DNA from: a plasmid
Length of the DNA: 64,000 nucleotides
Sequence record: NZ_KX443399.1
Strand: one strand, 5' to 3'
This document shows positions 27,477 through 36,378 of the stretch, piece after piece. Position 1 is the stretch's first letter. Each line of letters begins with the position of its first letter. The notes under the pieces are model-generated. The model was not told where the DNA came from. It saw nothing but the letters and a program-made list of their open reading frames with translations, and did no database searches. Position numbers and translations under genes: made by a program.

Positions 27477-29593
27477 GCCCGCTGTGGCGTTCGGCCGCAC
27501 CGGAAGGGCACTTCCCTTCCCCGCACCGCTCCGGGCGGCGTAGGGGGCTCGCGGGCCGTGTTCTGGTCGTGCTGATGCTCGCCGCCGTCTCGTTGATCGG
27601 GCTCGGCGGCGGTGTGGCGTCCGCTGGTGGGTTCGACTGCAAGGACGTCCCCTCCCCGGAGTTCCCGAACGAAGTCCTCGAGACCACGTTCGACTCGACC
27701 AGCGCGGACCGGGCGTCCGGCGGTGGCACGGGCTATCAGACCTACGGGTGGGCTGGTCTGAAGTGGCACACCTACGACCTCGGCTGCGGCGCAGACCTGG
27801 TCCGCGCACCCGGTGCGGTCGGTGACACCACGCTCGGCAACACGTTCATGACGATCGGCAAGTCGATGGCCGCGGCCGCGTTCTGGCTCGACGACCAGAC
27901 CAAGACCGGCAAGGCGGCAGAGGAAGCCGGTGTGGAACCGGCTCTGGCGAAGTTCGATCAGATCGTCTTCTCGATCTCCAAGGGCATGCGCGGCATCTAC
28001 GGCCAGTGGATCGGCATCGGCCTGGTCGTCGTCGCCGCGATCGTGCTGTGGAAGGCACTCAAGGCCGACGCCGCCGGGGTCACCCGCACAACGGCGTTCG
28101 CGGCCGCTGGCTTGGCGCTCGGTGCGCTGATGGTCGGTGCCCCGCAGAAGGCGCTCGAGGTGGCAGACGAGACGTTCGGGTCGCTGATCACCGAGACTCA
28201 GGACCAGATTTTCTCAGTGCAGTTCGGCGACAACGGGAGCACGCTGTCCGGCGGCGACACCGATCCCCGGAACGTGCTGATCGACAAGATTTACCTCGAC
28301 GATTGGCGCAAGGGCTGGTTCGGCCAGAACTACCCCACCGAGGATCCAGCCCAGCTGGGCCCGAAGCTGCGCGACTCGCTGGCGTTCACCTACGACCAGC
28401 AGCATGAGGTCAAGGACGATCCGAAGGCGCAGTCCACACTCGCGGAGGAGAAGGCCGACAAGTTCCGCGAGATCGTCGCCTCGCTCGAGACCGACTACCA
28501 GCTGTCCTATCACCAGTTCCAGGGCAAGGATTCGGGCCGCACCTCGATCGGGTTCATGGGCATGGTCAAGCTCGCGATGCCCTCACTGCTGTGGATCGGC
28601 GCCTCGATCCTCAAGCTGGTGGCGCTCCTGGCGATCCGGTTCGCGGTGCTGTTCGCGCCGATCTGGATTCCGATCGCGATCGCCTACGGCGGATGGCTCT
28701 CCCGTGTGATGCGCATGCTCGCCTCCGCGTACATGTGGGGTGTGGCCGGCGCGGTGGTCGTCGCGCTCTACCTGATGGCCCTGGTCCAGCTGTATGTCGG
28801 CTCGAACGGCGCCGTCGACGGCTCCTGGCGGCTGTGGTTCATGGTCCTGCTCACGGTCGTGTGCTGGGCGATCATGCGGCCGTTCAAGCGGATGTCCCAG
28901 ACGTTCACGCAGAACTCGGCGAGCATGGTCAACCGCAAGGCCCGTGGCGCGAAGCAGGCGGTCAAGCGCAAGGCGTTCGCCGCCGCGGCAACCGCCGTCG
29001 GCGGACCCGGTGCCGGTGCCGGGGTGAAGGCCGCGCAGCGGCTCGGTGGGCGCGGTGAAGATGCCGGTGACCGTCCGGAGACGCTGGCCAGGCCCGAAGG
29101 CCGCGCGCTCAACAACCAGCGACAGCAAGCACTCACGCAGTCCCGCGCCGATGCCCGCCGCGCGCAGCTGGGTGGTCGTGCCGGCCGACTCGGGCAGGGC
29201 GCCAACGCCGCCACTGAGCGCGACGCGCGTATCGCCGGGATCGCGGCCGTGGCCAGTCGCGACATGGCCCGCGGCAAGGGCGGGGTCGACAGCAAAGAGG
29301 CTGATCAGGCGGTCAAGTCCGGGGCTGCGGCGTGGAAGCGGTTCGACCAGGACGAGGCCGACGCCAAGGTTCAGGAGCGCCGCGCGCGCAAGGAACTGCT
29401 CTCGGCCAGTGTCGGGCAGCGGTGGGACGGCGGTGACCGCTCGGCGATCGCGCCGATGAAGGTCTTCACCCCGACCCGGAGCCAGTCGTCCTCCAGTTCG
29501 GTGCCGCGACGGTCTGCGATCAAGCCGCCGGAGAACGCCCGTGTGTGGAACGCCGCGACAGCTGGCACCAGTGGAAAGGACCGGTACCTCTGA
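27473..29593 (+). CDS. polytopic membrane protein (VirB6/TrbL-like), 706 aa
   Basis: signal + >=6 TM helices, charged C-terminal tail; ATGA overlap. Confidence 0.7.
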   Translation: MSPLWRSAAPEGHFPSPHRSGRRRGLAGRVLVVLMLAAVSLIGLGGGVASAGGFDCKDVPSPEFPNEVLETTFDSTSADRASGGGTGYQTYGWAGLKWHTYDLGCGADLVRAPGAVGDTTLGNTFMTIGKSMAAAAFWLDDQTKTGKAAEEAGVEPALAKFDQIVFSISKGMRGIYGQWIGIGLVVVAAIVLWKALKADAAGVTRTTAFAAAGLALGALMVGAPQKALEVADETFGSLITETQDQIFSVQFGDNGSTLSGGDTDPRNVLIDKIYLDDWRKGWFGQNYPTEDPAQLGPKLRDSLAFTYDQQHEVKDDPKAQSTLAEEKADKFREIVASLETDYQLSYHQFQGKDSGRTSIGFMGMVKLAMPSLLWIGASILKLVALLAIRFAVLFAPIWIPIAIAYGGWLSRVMRMLASAYMWGVAGAVVVALYLMALVQLYVGSNGAVDGSWRLWFMVLLTVVCWAIMRPFKRMSQTFTQNSASMVNRKARGAKQAVKRKAFAAAATAVGGPGAGAGVKAAQRLGGRGEDAGDRPETLARPEGRALNNQRQQALTQSRADARRAQLGGRAGRLGQGANAATERDARIAGIAAVASRDMARGKGGVDSKEADQAVKSGAAAWKRFDQDEADAKVQERRARKELLSASVGQRWDGGDRSAIAPMKVFTPTRSQSSSSSVPRRSAIKPPENARVWNAATAGTSGKDRYL

Positions 29594-30435
29594 TGTCGTC
29601 GTCCGGGCCCAATCCCGTTCTCGCGCCGATTCGCCGGTGGGTGCTCTACTCGCGCACCCACCTGGCGATCACGGTGGCCGGTGTCGTCGCGTTGCTGTTC
29701 GCTGCCGGGGCGGTCTTCGGGGAGACCCCGCCGCCCCGGGCGGCCGCGCACGAGGCCGACGCCGTCGCTGAGCCGGCCACGCCGGCGGATTCGATCAGCT
29801 ACGACCTCGACGAGGTCAGCGAATCGCTGGTCGTCGCGAAGTCCGCGGCGTGGGCAGCCGCGAGTGCGCCGGCCACCGCGATGGCCTATGCCCACGCGTT
29901 CGTCGACACCACCGCCTCGGACAGCAAGTGGGCCAGCGCGATCGGCCGCTACACCGTCAGCAAGCCGGGAGAGACGGTTATCGCGGCGCGGCCGCGGAAC
30001 CTTGTCGTCATCACCGGCCCGACGGTCAGCACTCTCACCGACGGCCCCAATGGCAAGACCGCGAAGGTGACCGTCCCGACGCAGGCCGGGGACATGCAGG
30101 TCTCCCTCACGGTGGAGGACGTCGCGGGCGGAAAGCGCTGGGTGGTAGGCACTCCCCTGCCGACGCTGGATCTGACCGAGGTCGCCAAGCTCGCCCCGGC
30201 CACGTCGACAGCAGCGCCGCGCACCACGGCGCCGTCGTCGACCACCACCACGGCACCGGAGACCTCGGCGCCGCGGACCACGACACCTGCCCCGTCGACC
30301 ACCGAGGGTCCGACTTTCGACCTCGACGAGCCGATGGATACCCCCGTCAAGCCGGGCAACACCTCGAATCCGACGCCAGTGCCCGGCCCGATTCCGATTC
30401 CCGAGCTCGACACCCCGCTGCCGGGGGCACGGTGA
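29593..30435 (+). CDS. membrane-anchored Thr/Pro-rich protein (280 aa)
   Basis: TM anchor LAITVAGVVALLFAAGAVF; T/P-rich C-terminus; overlaps neighbours. Confidence 0.65.
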   Translation: MSSSGPNPVLAPIRRWVLYSRTHLAITVAGVVALLFAAGAVFGETPPPRAAAHEADAVAEPATPADSISYDLDEVSESLVVAKSAAWAAASAPATAMAYAHAFVDTTASDSKWASAIGRYTVSKPGETVIAARPRNLVVITGPTVSTLTDGPNGKTAKVTVPTQAGDMQVSLTVEDVAGGKRWVVGTPLPTLDLTEVAKLAPATSTAAPRTTAPSSTTTTAPETSAPRTTTPAPSTTEGPTFDLDEPMDTPVKPGNTSNPTPVPGPIPIPELDTPLPGAR

Positions 30436-32000
30436 TCAGCGGCGGCGCCCGTCGGGCGCTGTTGCTGGCCGGCGCCGCCGCGATCGTCATCACGACTTCC
30501 GCGTGCTCGATCGGGGCGCCGGTCATCCCGAAGGACCCGTGCCGCAACATCCCCGGTGACGGCAGCAAGGCATCGAGTTCGATCGCCGACGACCTTCAGC
30601 TGGTCGCGTCCGGTCCGATCCGGCTGCCGGTCGATCAGGGGTCCACCACCTACACCTCGGGGTTCGGCGAGAGGTGGGGCGCTGCGCACCAGGGCGTCGA
30701 CCTCGCAGGTCCCGTCGGCACCAAGATCCTCGCCGCACTCGACGGCCGGGTCGTCGAATCCGGCCCGGCCAGCGGGTTCGGGAACTGGATCGTCATCGAC
30801 TCCAACGTCGACGGAAAGCCCGTCTCCACCGTCTATGGGCACATGTTCGACAACGGGCTGCGAGTGAAGGCCGGCGACGTCGTCAAGGCCGGTGACCACA
30901 TCGCCGACATCGGCAACAACGGTCAGTCCACCGGCGCGCACCTGCATTTCGAGTATTGGGAAGGTGGCCGGCTCCAGGGCGGCACCGCGATCGACCCGCT
31001 GGCGAAACTGCCGGACATCGCGCGCCAGTCCGGTGAAGGCGGCGGCGGCTTCGTCGACCCGAGCGCCGACAACATCCAGCTCGTGGCCGCCGCACGTTCG
31101 ACCGCGGACTGCTCCGGCTTCGGGTTGGCCGGCGGGGGCGAGCTGGCATTCGGCGCTGTGCCGGCGGAGTTCGAGCCGTGGCTTCGCCGTGCCGGCGGCG
31201 TCTGCCCGGAGATCGACTCCCCTCTACTCGCTGCGCAGCTCCAGCAGGAGAACAACTTCCGCTACGGCAAAGACGCACCGGTCTCCCCCTCCGGAGCCGG
31301 CGGGCCGGCGCAATTCATGCCCGGTGCCTGGGCAACCTGGGGCAAGGACTACGACGGCGACGGCAAGGCCGACATCACCTCGATCGGTGACGCCGTGATG
31401 TCGCAGGCCCACTTCATGTGCGCGCTCTACCAGGATGTTTCGTCGATCCCCGGCGACCCGATCGAGCTGACCCTGGCCGCCTACAACGCGGGCCCGGGCG
31501 CAGTCCAGATGCACCGCGGCGTCCCGCCCTACGGCGAGACGCAGAACTACGTGAAGAAGATCACCGCCGCCCGCGCGACGTTCACCAACCCGAACTCGCG
31601 CGGCCGGTTCATCCCCAACGCCGCAGGTGACAGCGGCCAGGTCGTCTCGGCTGCACGCGAATACCTCGGTACCCCCTACGTGTGGGGTGGCGGCGGAACC
31701 GCTGGACCTTCTGGCGGCGGCTTCGACTGCTCCGGTCTGACGAGCTACGCCGTCCACGCGGCCAGCGCCGGCAAGGTTTCACTCCCCCGCACCTCCGAGC
31801 AGCAGTGGAACGTCGGCGTCGAGATCCCGATCGACCAGGCCCAGCCGGGCGATCTCGTCTTCGGCGGTTGGGGCCCGAACGGTCCTGGCCACGTGGGGAT
31901 CTACTCCGGGGGCGGTCAGATGGTCCACGCACCCACCACCGGTGACGTGGTCAAGGAAGCCCCGCTCCAGGCCGGGATGAAGGCCCGCCGGGTGATGTAG
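30432..32000 (+). CDS. three-domain cell-wall hydrolase: M23 peptidase + lytic transglycosylase + NlpC/P60 (522 aa)
   Basis: M23 HQGVDLAG...GNWIVID...AHLHFEY; transglycosylase GPAQFMPGAW..LAAYNAGPGAV; NlpC/P60 YVWGGGG...FDCSGL...HVGIY. Confidence 0.9.
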   Translation: MISGGARRALLLAGAAAIVITTSACSIGAPVIPKDPCRNIPGDGSKASSSIADDLQLVASGPIRLPVDQGSTTYTSGFGERWGAAHQGVDLAGPVGTKILAALDGRVVESGPASGFGNWIVIDSNVDGKPVSTVYGHMFDNGLRVKAGDVVKAGDHIADIGNNGQSTGAHLHFEYWEGGRLQGGTAIDPLAKLPDIARQSGEGGGGFVDPSADNIQLVAAARSTADCSGFGLAGGGELAFGAVPAEFEPWLRRAGGVCPEIDSPLLAAQLQQENNFRYGKDAPVSPSGAGGPAQFMPGAWATWGKDYDGDGKADITSIGDAVMSQAHFMCALYQDVSSIPGDPIELTLAAYNAGPGAVQMHRGVPPYGETQNYVKKITAARATFTNPNSRGRFIPNAAGDSGQVVSAAREYLGTPYVWGGGGTAGPSGGGFDCSGLTSYAVHAASAGKVSLPRTSEQQWNVGVEIPIDQAQPGDLVFGGWGPNGPGHVGIYSGGGQMVHAPTTGDVVKEAPLQAGMKARRVM

Positions 32001-32034
32001 GGGACGTGTCTTCTATGCAGGTCACAGCGCATTT

Positions 32035-32080
32035 GAGGGGCGGGGCGCGGGGAATCATCCTCGCGCCCCGCCCTTCTCGT
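32035..32080 (+). terminator. GC hairpin (GGGCGGGGCGCG/CGCGCCCCGCCC) after T4SS hydrolase gene, preceded by motif copy
   Basis: 12-bp stem, T-containing tail. Confidence 0.6.
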
Positions 32081-32231
32081 TCGTCTCGTCGACGCCATCG
32101 CAGGGACACCCGCTGCGGTCCGCCGTTGATGTCGGAGCGGCCGCCCACGCCGGACCACCCATTCGGCGCTTGGGGGACGTGTCGTTTATCCTGGTCAACG
32201 GCCCAATTGACGGGCACGGGAGGGAGATTCA

Positions 32232-32819
32232 ATGAGGGCACGCAAGCTCGTCATCGTGGTATTCGTCGTTGCTGCCGTCGGGTTCCTGGCCTACACGTAC
32301 CTCTCCCGAACCAGCAGCGACGAGGAGTCGAGCGTGGCCACGCCGACGACCACCAGCGCGCCCACGACGACATCCGCCGCGGCGCCGCCGGCCGACGTCG
32401 AGACCACCGAGCCGCCGGCCCCTTCCCGCGCCGCCGAAGAGGCCGCCCGACAGGGGCTGACCGTGGCATTCACCTGGTACCCAGCTTCCGACGCCACCCA
32501 GAACGACGCCTACGGCCGAGCCCGAAACTGGCTGACCGACAAGCTCGCCGGCCGCATGATCATCGACGCGACCACCGAACGCGGCCCGAGCGTGCAGTGG
32601 GCCCGCTGGGCACAGGACCAGGCCAAGGTCATTGCAGACGTCAGCATCGGATGCTCCGGCTGTCCCGAGGACACCGACACCGTCGTCCAGCGCGTGGCCA
32701 CCATCAAGCAGACCGCGATCGCTGGCAGCAGCACCGATACGGTCAACCCTGACACCACGGTGTGGGTCACCGTCGTCCGGCAAGGCGACCGCTGGCTCAT
32801 CGACGACATCCGCTACTGA
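32232..32819 (+). CDS. membrane-anchored secreted protein (195 aa)
   Basis: GGGAGGGAG RBS; N-terminal TM; motif copy ~40 nt upstream. Confidence 0.75.
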   Translation: MRARKLVIVVFVVAAVGFLAYTYLSRTSSDEESSVATPTTTSAPTTTSAAAPPADVETTEPPAPSRAAEEAARQGLTVAFTWYPASDATQNDAYGRARNWLTDKLAGRMIIDATTERGPSVQWARWAQDQAKVIADVSIGCSGCPEDTDTVVQRVATIKQTAIAGSSTDTVNPDTTVWVTVVRQGDRWLIDDIRY

Positions 32820-32865
32820 CCGCACCGCCACCGTCGCTTTCAGCCCATCGAACGGAGACCAACAC

Positions 32866-33414
32866 ATGAACCGCACCGCACTGGCTGCCGCGATGGCCTG
32901 CACGACCGTGGCCCTCGCATTCACCGCTACCGCATGCGGATCTGACAGCGTCCCCACCGGCACTGTCTCGCCGCCCCTCGACTCGATGACGAAAAAGGAC
33001 TGGGCAGGAGCCATCTCGATCGGCGTCGGAAACCGAGAGGGAACGACTCTCGTCACCAAGGCCGCGCCAGAACAAGTGGAGGCACGTTGTCTCGGCGCCG
33101 GAGAAGACCGGTCGATCGAGGTAACCGCGCCCAACGGCTGGCAAGCGAAGCTCACACACGGCTCCCAGATCGTCACCGTCAAGAACGACACCCTCGGATA
33201 TGTGGAACACGACTTCCAGACCCGCGAGGGAATCATCAATGCCACCAAGCCCAAGGAGGACCTGCCCGACCTCTTCGCGATGGGAATCACCTGGGACAAA
33301 CCCAACTCCAGCGATGTTGAGATCCAGGTCGAGGACGACGCGCCGCCCCACTGGACTGTCAACTCCCCGTACAAGGAGTTCGCGATGTACATGCACATCC
33401 AGTGCCCGAACTAG
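32866..33414 (+). CDS. lipoprotein (182 aa); paralog of 15652-16173
   Basis: lipobox ATACGS. Confidence 0.8.
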   Translation: MNRTALAAAMACTTVALAFTATACGSDSVPTGTVSPPLDSMTKKDWAGAISIGVGNREGTTLVTKAAPEQVEARCLGAGEDRSIEVTAPNGWQAKLTHGSQIVTVKNDTLGYVEHDFQTREGIINATKPKEDLPDLFAMGITWDKPNSSDVEIQVEDDAPPHWTVNSPYKEFAMYMHIQCPN

Positions 33415-33496
33415 CCCGAACACCCGCATGGGGACGTGTCATTCACCCTGTTCAGCGCATGTATTGACCCGATGAATCGCCTCACGGTTTGGGCAC

Positions 33497-33566
33497 GAAG
33501 AAGGCCGGCCGGCATCCTCTCCACCGTTCGATGCGAACGGGGTGGGTGCCGGGCCGGCCTTCTTGG
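33497..33566. terminator. Nested long inverted repeat (GAAGAAGGCCGGCCGG...CCGGGCCGGCCTTCTT with inner CCACCGTTCG/CGAACGGGGTGG), flanked by motif copies; bidirectional terminator between convergent genes
   Basis: 13-16 bp outer stem. Confidence 0.6.
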
Positions 33567-33619
33567 TCAGAATCTCTGGGACGTGCCGTTTTACCTGCTA
33601 GACAGCCCTTTTCGATTCA

Positions 33620-34318
33620 TCAGTGTCCCATGCCGATTCCGCCGTCGACGTTGATGACAGTGCCGGTGATGTAGGCGGCGCCGGGGCTGAGCAGGAACGC
33701 TGCGGTGGCGGCGATCTCCTCGGGCTTACCGAAGCGACCGAGCGGGATGTGGGACTTGGCCAGCTCGATGTTCTTCTCGCCGAGCGCATCCGTCATGTCA
33801 GTCTCGGTGAAGCCGGGGGCGATGACGTTGCAGGTGATCGAGCGGGAGCCGAGTTCGCGGGCGACGGAGCGGGCCATGCCGATCACGCCGGCCTTGGCTG
33901 CGGCGTAGTTGACCTGTCCGGCAGCGCCGGACATTCCGCTGGCCGATCCGATGAGCACGATGCGGCCGGCGCGGGCCTTGAGCATGCCGCGGCTGGAGCG
34001 CTGGACGATGCGGAAGACGCCGGTGAGGTTGGTATCGACGACGCGCGAGAACTTCTCCGTGTCCATGCGCATGAGGAGCGTGTCGTCGGTGATGCCCGCG
34101 TTCGCGACGACGCCCTCGACGGGACCGTCTTCGGTCTCGATGTGCTTGAACGCGGCATCGACGGAGGCATCGTCGGTGACGTCGCACTCGATGCCGTTCA
34201 CACCTTCAGGGACCGAGGACCCGCGGTGGGTTCCCCAGACGGTGTGTCCTTCCTTGACGAGCTGGCTAGCGATTGCAGCGCCGATTCCGCGGTTGGCTCC
34301 GGTCACGAGAACACGCAC
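33620..34318 (-). CDS. SDR-family oxidoreductase (FabG-like 3-oxoacyl-ACP reductase)
   Basis: VLVTGANRGIGAAIA...NAG...YAAAKAGVIGMARSVA; GTG with GGAGG RBS. Confidence 0.85.
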   Translation of the reverse strand: MRVLVTGANRGIGAAIASQLVKEGHTVWGTHRGSSVPEGVNGIECDVTDDASVDAAFKHIETEDGPVEGVVANAGITDDTLLMRMDTEKFSRVVDTNLTGVFRIVQRSSRGMLKARAGRIVLIGSASGMSGAAGQVNYAAAKAGVIGMARSVARELGSRSITCNVIAPGFTETDMTDALGEKNIELAKSHIPLGRFGKPEEIAATAAFLLSPGAAYITGTVINVDGGIGMGH

Positions 34319-34372
34319 AGGTAGAACCTCCAATTGGTCTTGCGGGTGATGGGCTTAAAACCATGAATGGGT

Positions 34373-35344
34373 TTAGCTGGCAGCGGATTCAGCTGTTGAA
34401 GCGTCATCTTCGACGAGGAGAACGATCGCGACCGGGTCGCCGTGCTTCTCTCGCGCTGAGTGCAACGCGAACGTAGATGCAATGAACGGGACGCCGTCGA
34501 TCGAGAGACGCTGCTCGGCGTCGCGCGGGACTTCAGGATTGGCCAGCGCGGCGAGGTCGACCTGCTCGAGCACCTGGGCGACGCGGTCCTCCCCCATCGG
34601 AGCGTGGCGGCCGACGGTGGTGAGGGGAATCTTGTGGCTGGCCTCGACGAGAAGAAGCGTGGCGTTGCTGTAGCGGATCAACGAGGCGATGTTGGACTCG
34701 AACTTGCGCTCCTCCAACTGCAACGTGATGCCGTAGAGAAGGCGGGTACCGCCACCGTCAGCGAGGTGCAGGCGGCCGCTCGACCAGAAGTGCACCCACT
34801 GACCGCCGGGCTGCAAGCTCCAGTAGCTCTCGATGAGATCGCCGTGGTCACCGGTCAGAGCGTCGTAGTAGCCGCCGACCAAGCTCCACACGTCCTCGGG
34901 ATTGAGGTAGGTGAACAGATACATGACGTGCCGCTCTTCGTCGGCCTCACGGACGTCCCCGTAGAGGTCCACGTTGTCGCCACTGGTGCGGGTCGTCATC
35001 GCCTGCATGTCGAGCACCCACCCGTTGTAGACCGGCCGTGGTGTCGGCGGCTGGACGCCTACCCAGACGACAAGGCCGACCGGAGTCCCGTCGGATGTGT
35101 CGATCTGATGGGTCTCCACGTACAGGCCGTCGATCTTCGGGATCTCTCGGCCGGCGAGTGCGGCTTCGATGACGGCCCGCACAACTGCCTCGCCCTTCTT
35201 GTCGAGTCCGAATCCCTTGGCACAGCGAGCAAGCGGACGAGCGACCCGAGCCCCCGCTCCTGAATGGATAAAGACGTCTCCCCCGTGGCGACTGCCGATG
35301 ATGTCGACGCAGATCCACGTCCCCTGAATAGCCATGCGATACAC
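34373..35344 (-). CDS. hypothetical protein (323 aa)
   Basis: long protein-like ORF; AT-richer upstream region. Confidence 0.5.
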   Translation of the reverse strand: MYRMAIQGTWICVDIIGSRHGGDVFIHSGAGARVARPLARCAKGFGLDKKGEAVVRAVIEAALAGREIPKIDGLYVETHQIDTSDGTPVGLVVWVGVQPPTPRPVYNGWVLDMQAMTTRTSGDNVDLYGDVREADEERHVMYLFTYLNPEDVWSLVGGYYDALTGDHGDLIESYWSLQPGGQWVHFWSSGRLHLADGGGTRLLYGITLQLEERKFESNIASLIRYSNATLLLVEASHKIPLTTVGRHAPMGEDRVAQVLEQVDLAALANPEVPRDAEQRLSIDGVPFIASTFALHSAREKHGDPVAIVLLVEDDASTAESAAS

Positions 35345-35656
35345 ACTATTCGAGGGGTTTCATGATCTATAAGCACCCCTATGGGCGATACTGTTGAGTT
35401 TTCAAACAAATGCCTCGCGGTGGCGGGCACATGAGTTGCGTGGTGTTACACCGCTGAGTATGTTTTCTCTCACTCGGGGGAGAAATATCCTCACCTGAGT
35501 ACGCGCCGGTCGGTGAGCGATTCCCGGTTGGAAGCAGAAGGCCCACGAAAAATCGTATGGTCTGCTTTCAGCTGCCCAGGAGTGGAGACCGGCATGATCA
35601 AGACGCAGGCGAAGTGCGGCAGAGTCCCATCGACGCCTACTGCGGATGCAGGACCG

Positions 35657-36142
35657 CTACGCGGACGTGCCACCAGGACGATTTCGCACACGCTCGTAGC
35701 TCGCCCTCAACTCGCTCTCGGGGAGTTGAAGCGCAGCAGAGAGCTTCCTCGCGACGTTGTCGGACAGCGAAATCTCGCCACGCTCGACGCTGCCTACGAT
35801 CTGCGTGGTGACGCCGGCCGCCGCTCCGAGCTGCGGCTGAGTGAGCCCGCGAAGAACCCGCCAGTCGCCGGGATAGCGATCACCCTCGGGGACTTTGACG
35901 ACGTCGGCGATGGTCACGCCGATCGCGGCGGTGACACGGGCGAGCAGATCGACCTGGGGCGACGTGTCACCGATTTCCCATCGCCGGATCGTGTCGGCGT
36001 TGAGGCGCGCCATGCGCGCCAGTTCACGCTGCGACACACCAGCGGCTCGGCGGGCCTTCTCCAGTTGGTCAGGCTGGAAGCCGCGCATAACTCGACGGCT
36101 CACAGACTGAGCCCTACCAGGAAAGTCGTCATCGCTAGACAC
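35657..36142 (-). CDS. XRE-family regulator with two tandem HTH domains (161 aa)
   Basis: LEKARRAAGVSQRELARMARLNADTIRRWEIG... and LRGLTQPQLGAAAGVTTQIVGSVERGE... Confidence 0.75.
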   Translation of the reverse strand: MSSDDDFPGRAQSVSRRVMRGFQPDQLEKARRAAGVSQRELARMARLNADTIRRWEIGDTSPQVDLLARVTAAIGVTIADVVKVPEGDRYPGDWRVLRGLTQPQLGAAAGVTTQIVGSVERGEISLSDNVARKLSAALQLPESELRASYERVRNRPGGTSA

Positions 36143-36248
36143 TGTGCAATCCCCTCGTTACGATGCGCACATAGCGGTACCCATAGTTCAATGGGTTTGC
36201 ATTCGGATCTAGGGGGGAGATTATGCGAAGTACCCGTGAGATGTGAAC

Positions 36249-36313
36249 GGTCCCCCGGCTGTTGACGCAGCCAGGGGACCGTTAGAGCAGCAAGGCCGAC
36301 TGTTGACGCAGCC
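36249..36313. promoter_or_regulatory. Direct repeat CTGTTGACGCAGCC x2 (one inside GGTCCCC/GGGGACC hairpin) in divergent XRE / WhiB-like intergenic region
   Basis: 14-bp exact repeat 39 bp apart containing TTGACG. Confidence 0.4.
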
Positions 36314-36378
36314 GGACAAGCCAAGAGACCGGTGGGGTTAGAGGCCCGCCGACCTCGATACGCAGATGGAGACCTGCG

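Noticed and set aside
24129-27809. Long minus ORFs (635 and 581 aa) opposite VirB4 gene
   Set aside because: Antisense to a gene with clear Walker A/B motifs; Arg-rich junk translation.
32000-33610. Motif + hairpin modules considered as integron attC sites
   Set aside because: No integron integrase gene, no conserved GTTRRRY core sites, and the hairpins differ entirely between copies.
35513-36265. + ORF with good RBS (GGAGTGGAGA) encoding MIKTQAKCGRV...
   Set aside because: Lies almost entirely antisense to the well-supported tandem-HTH XRE gene; product is low-complexity.
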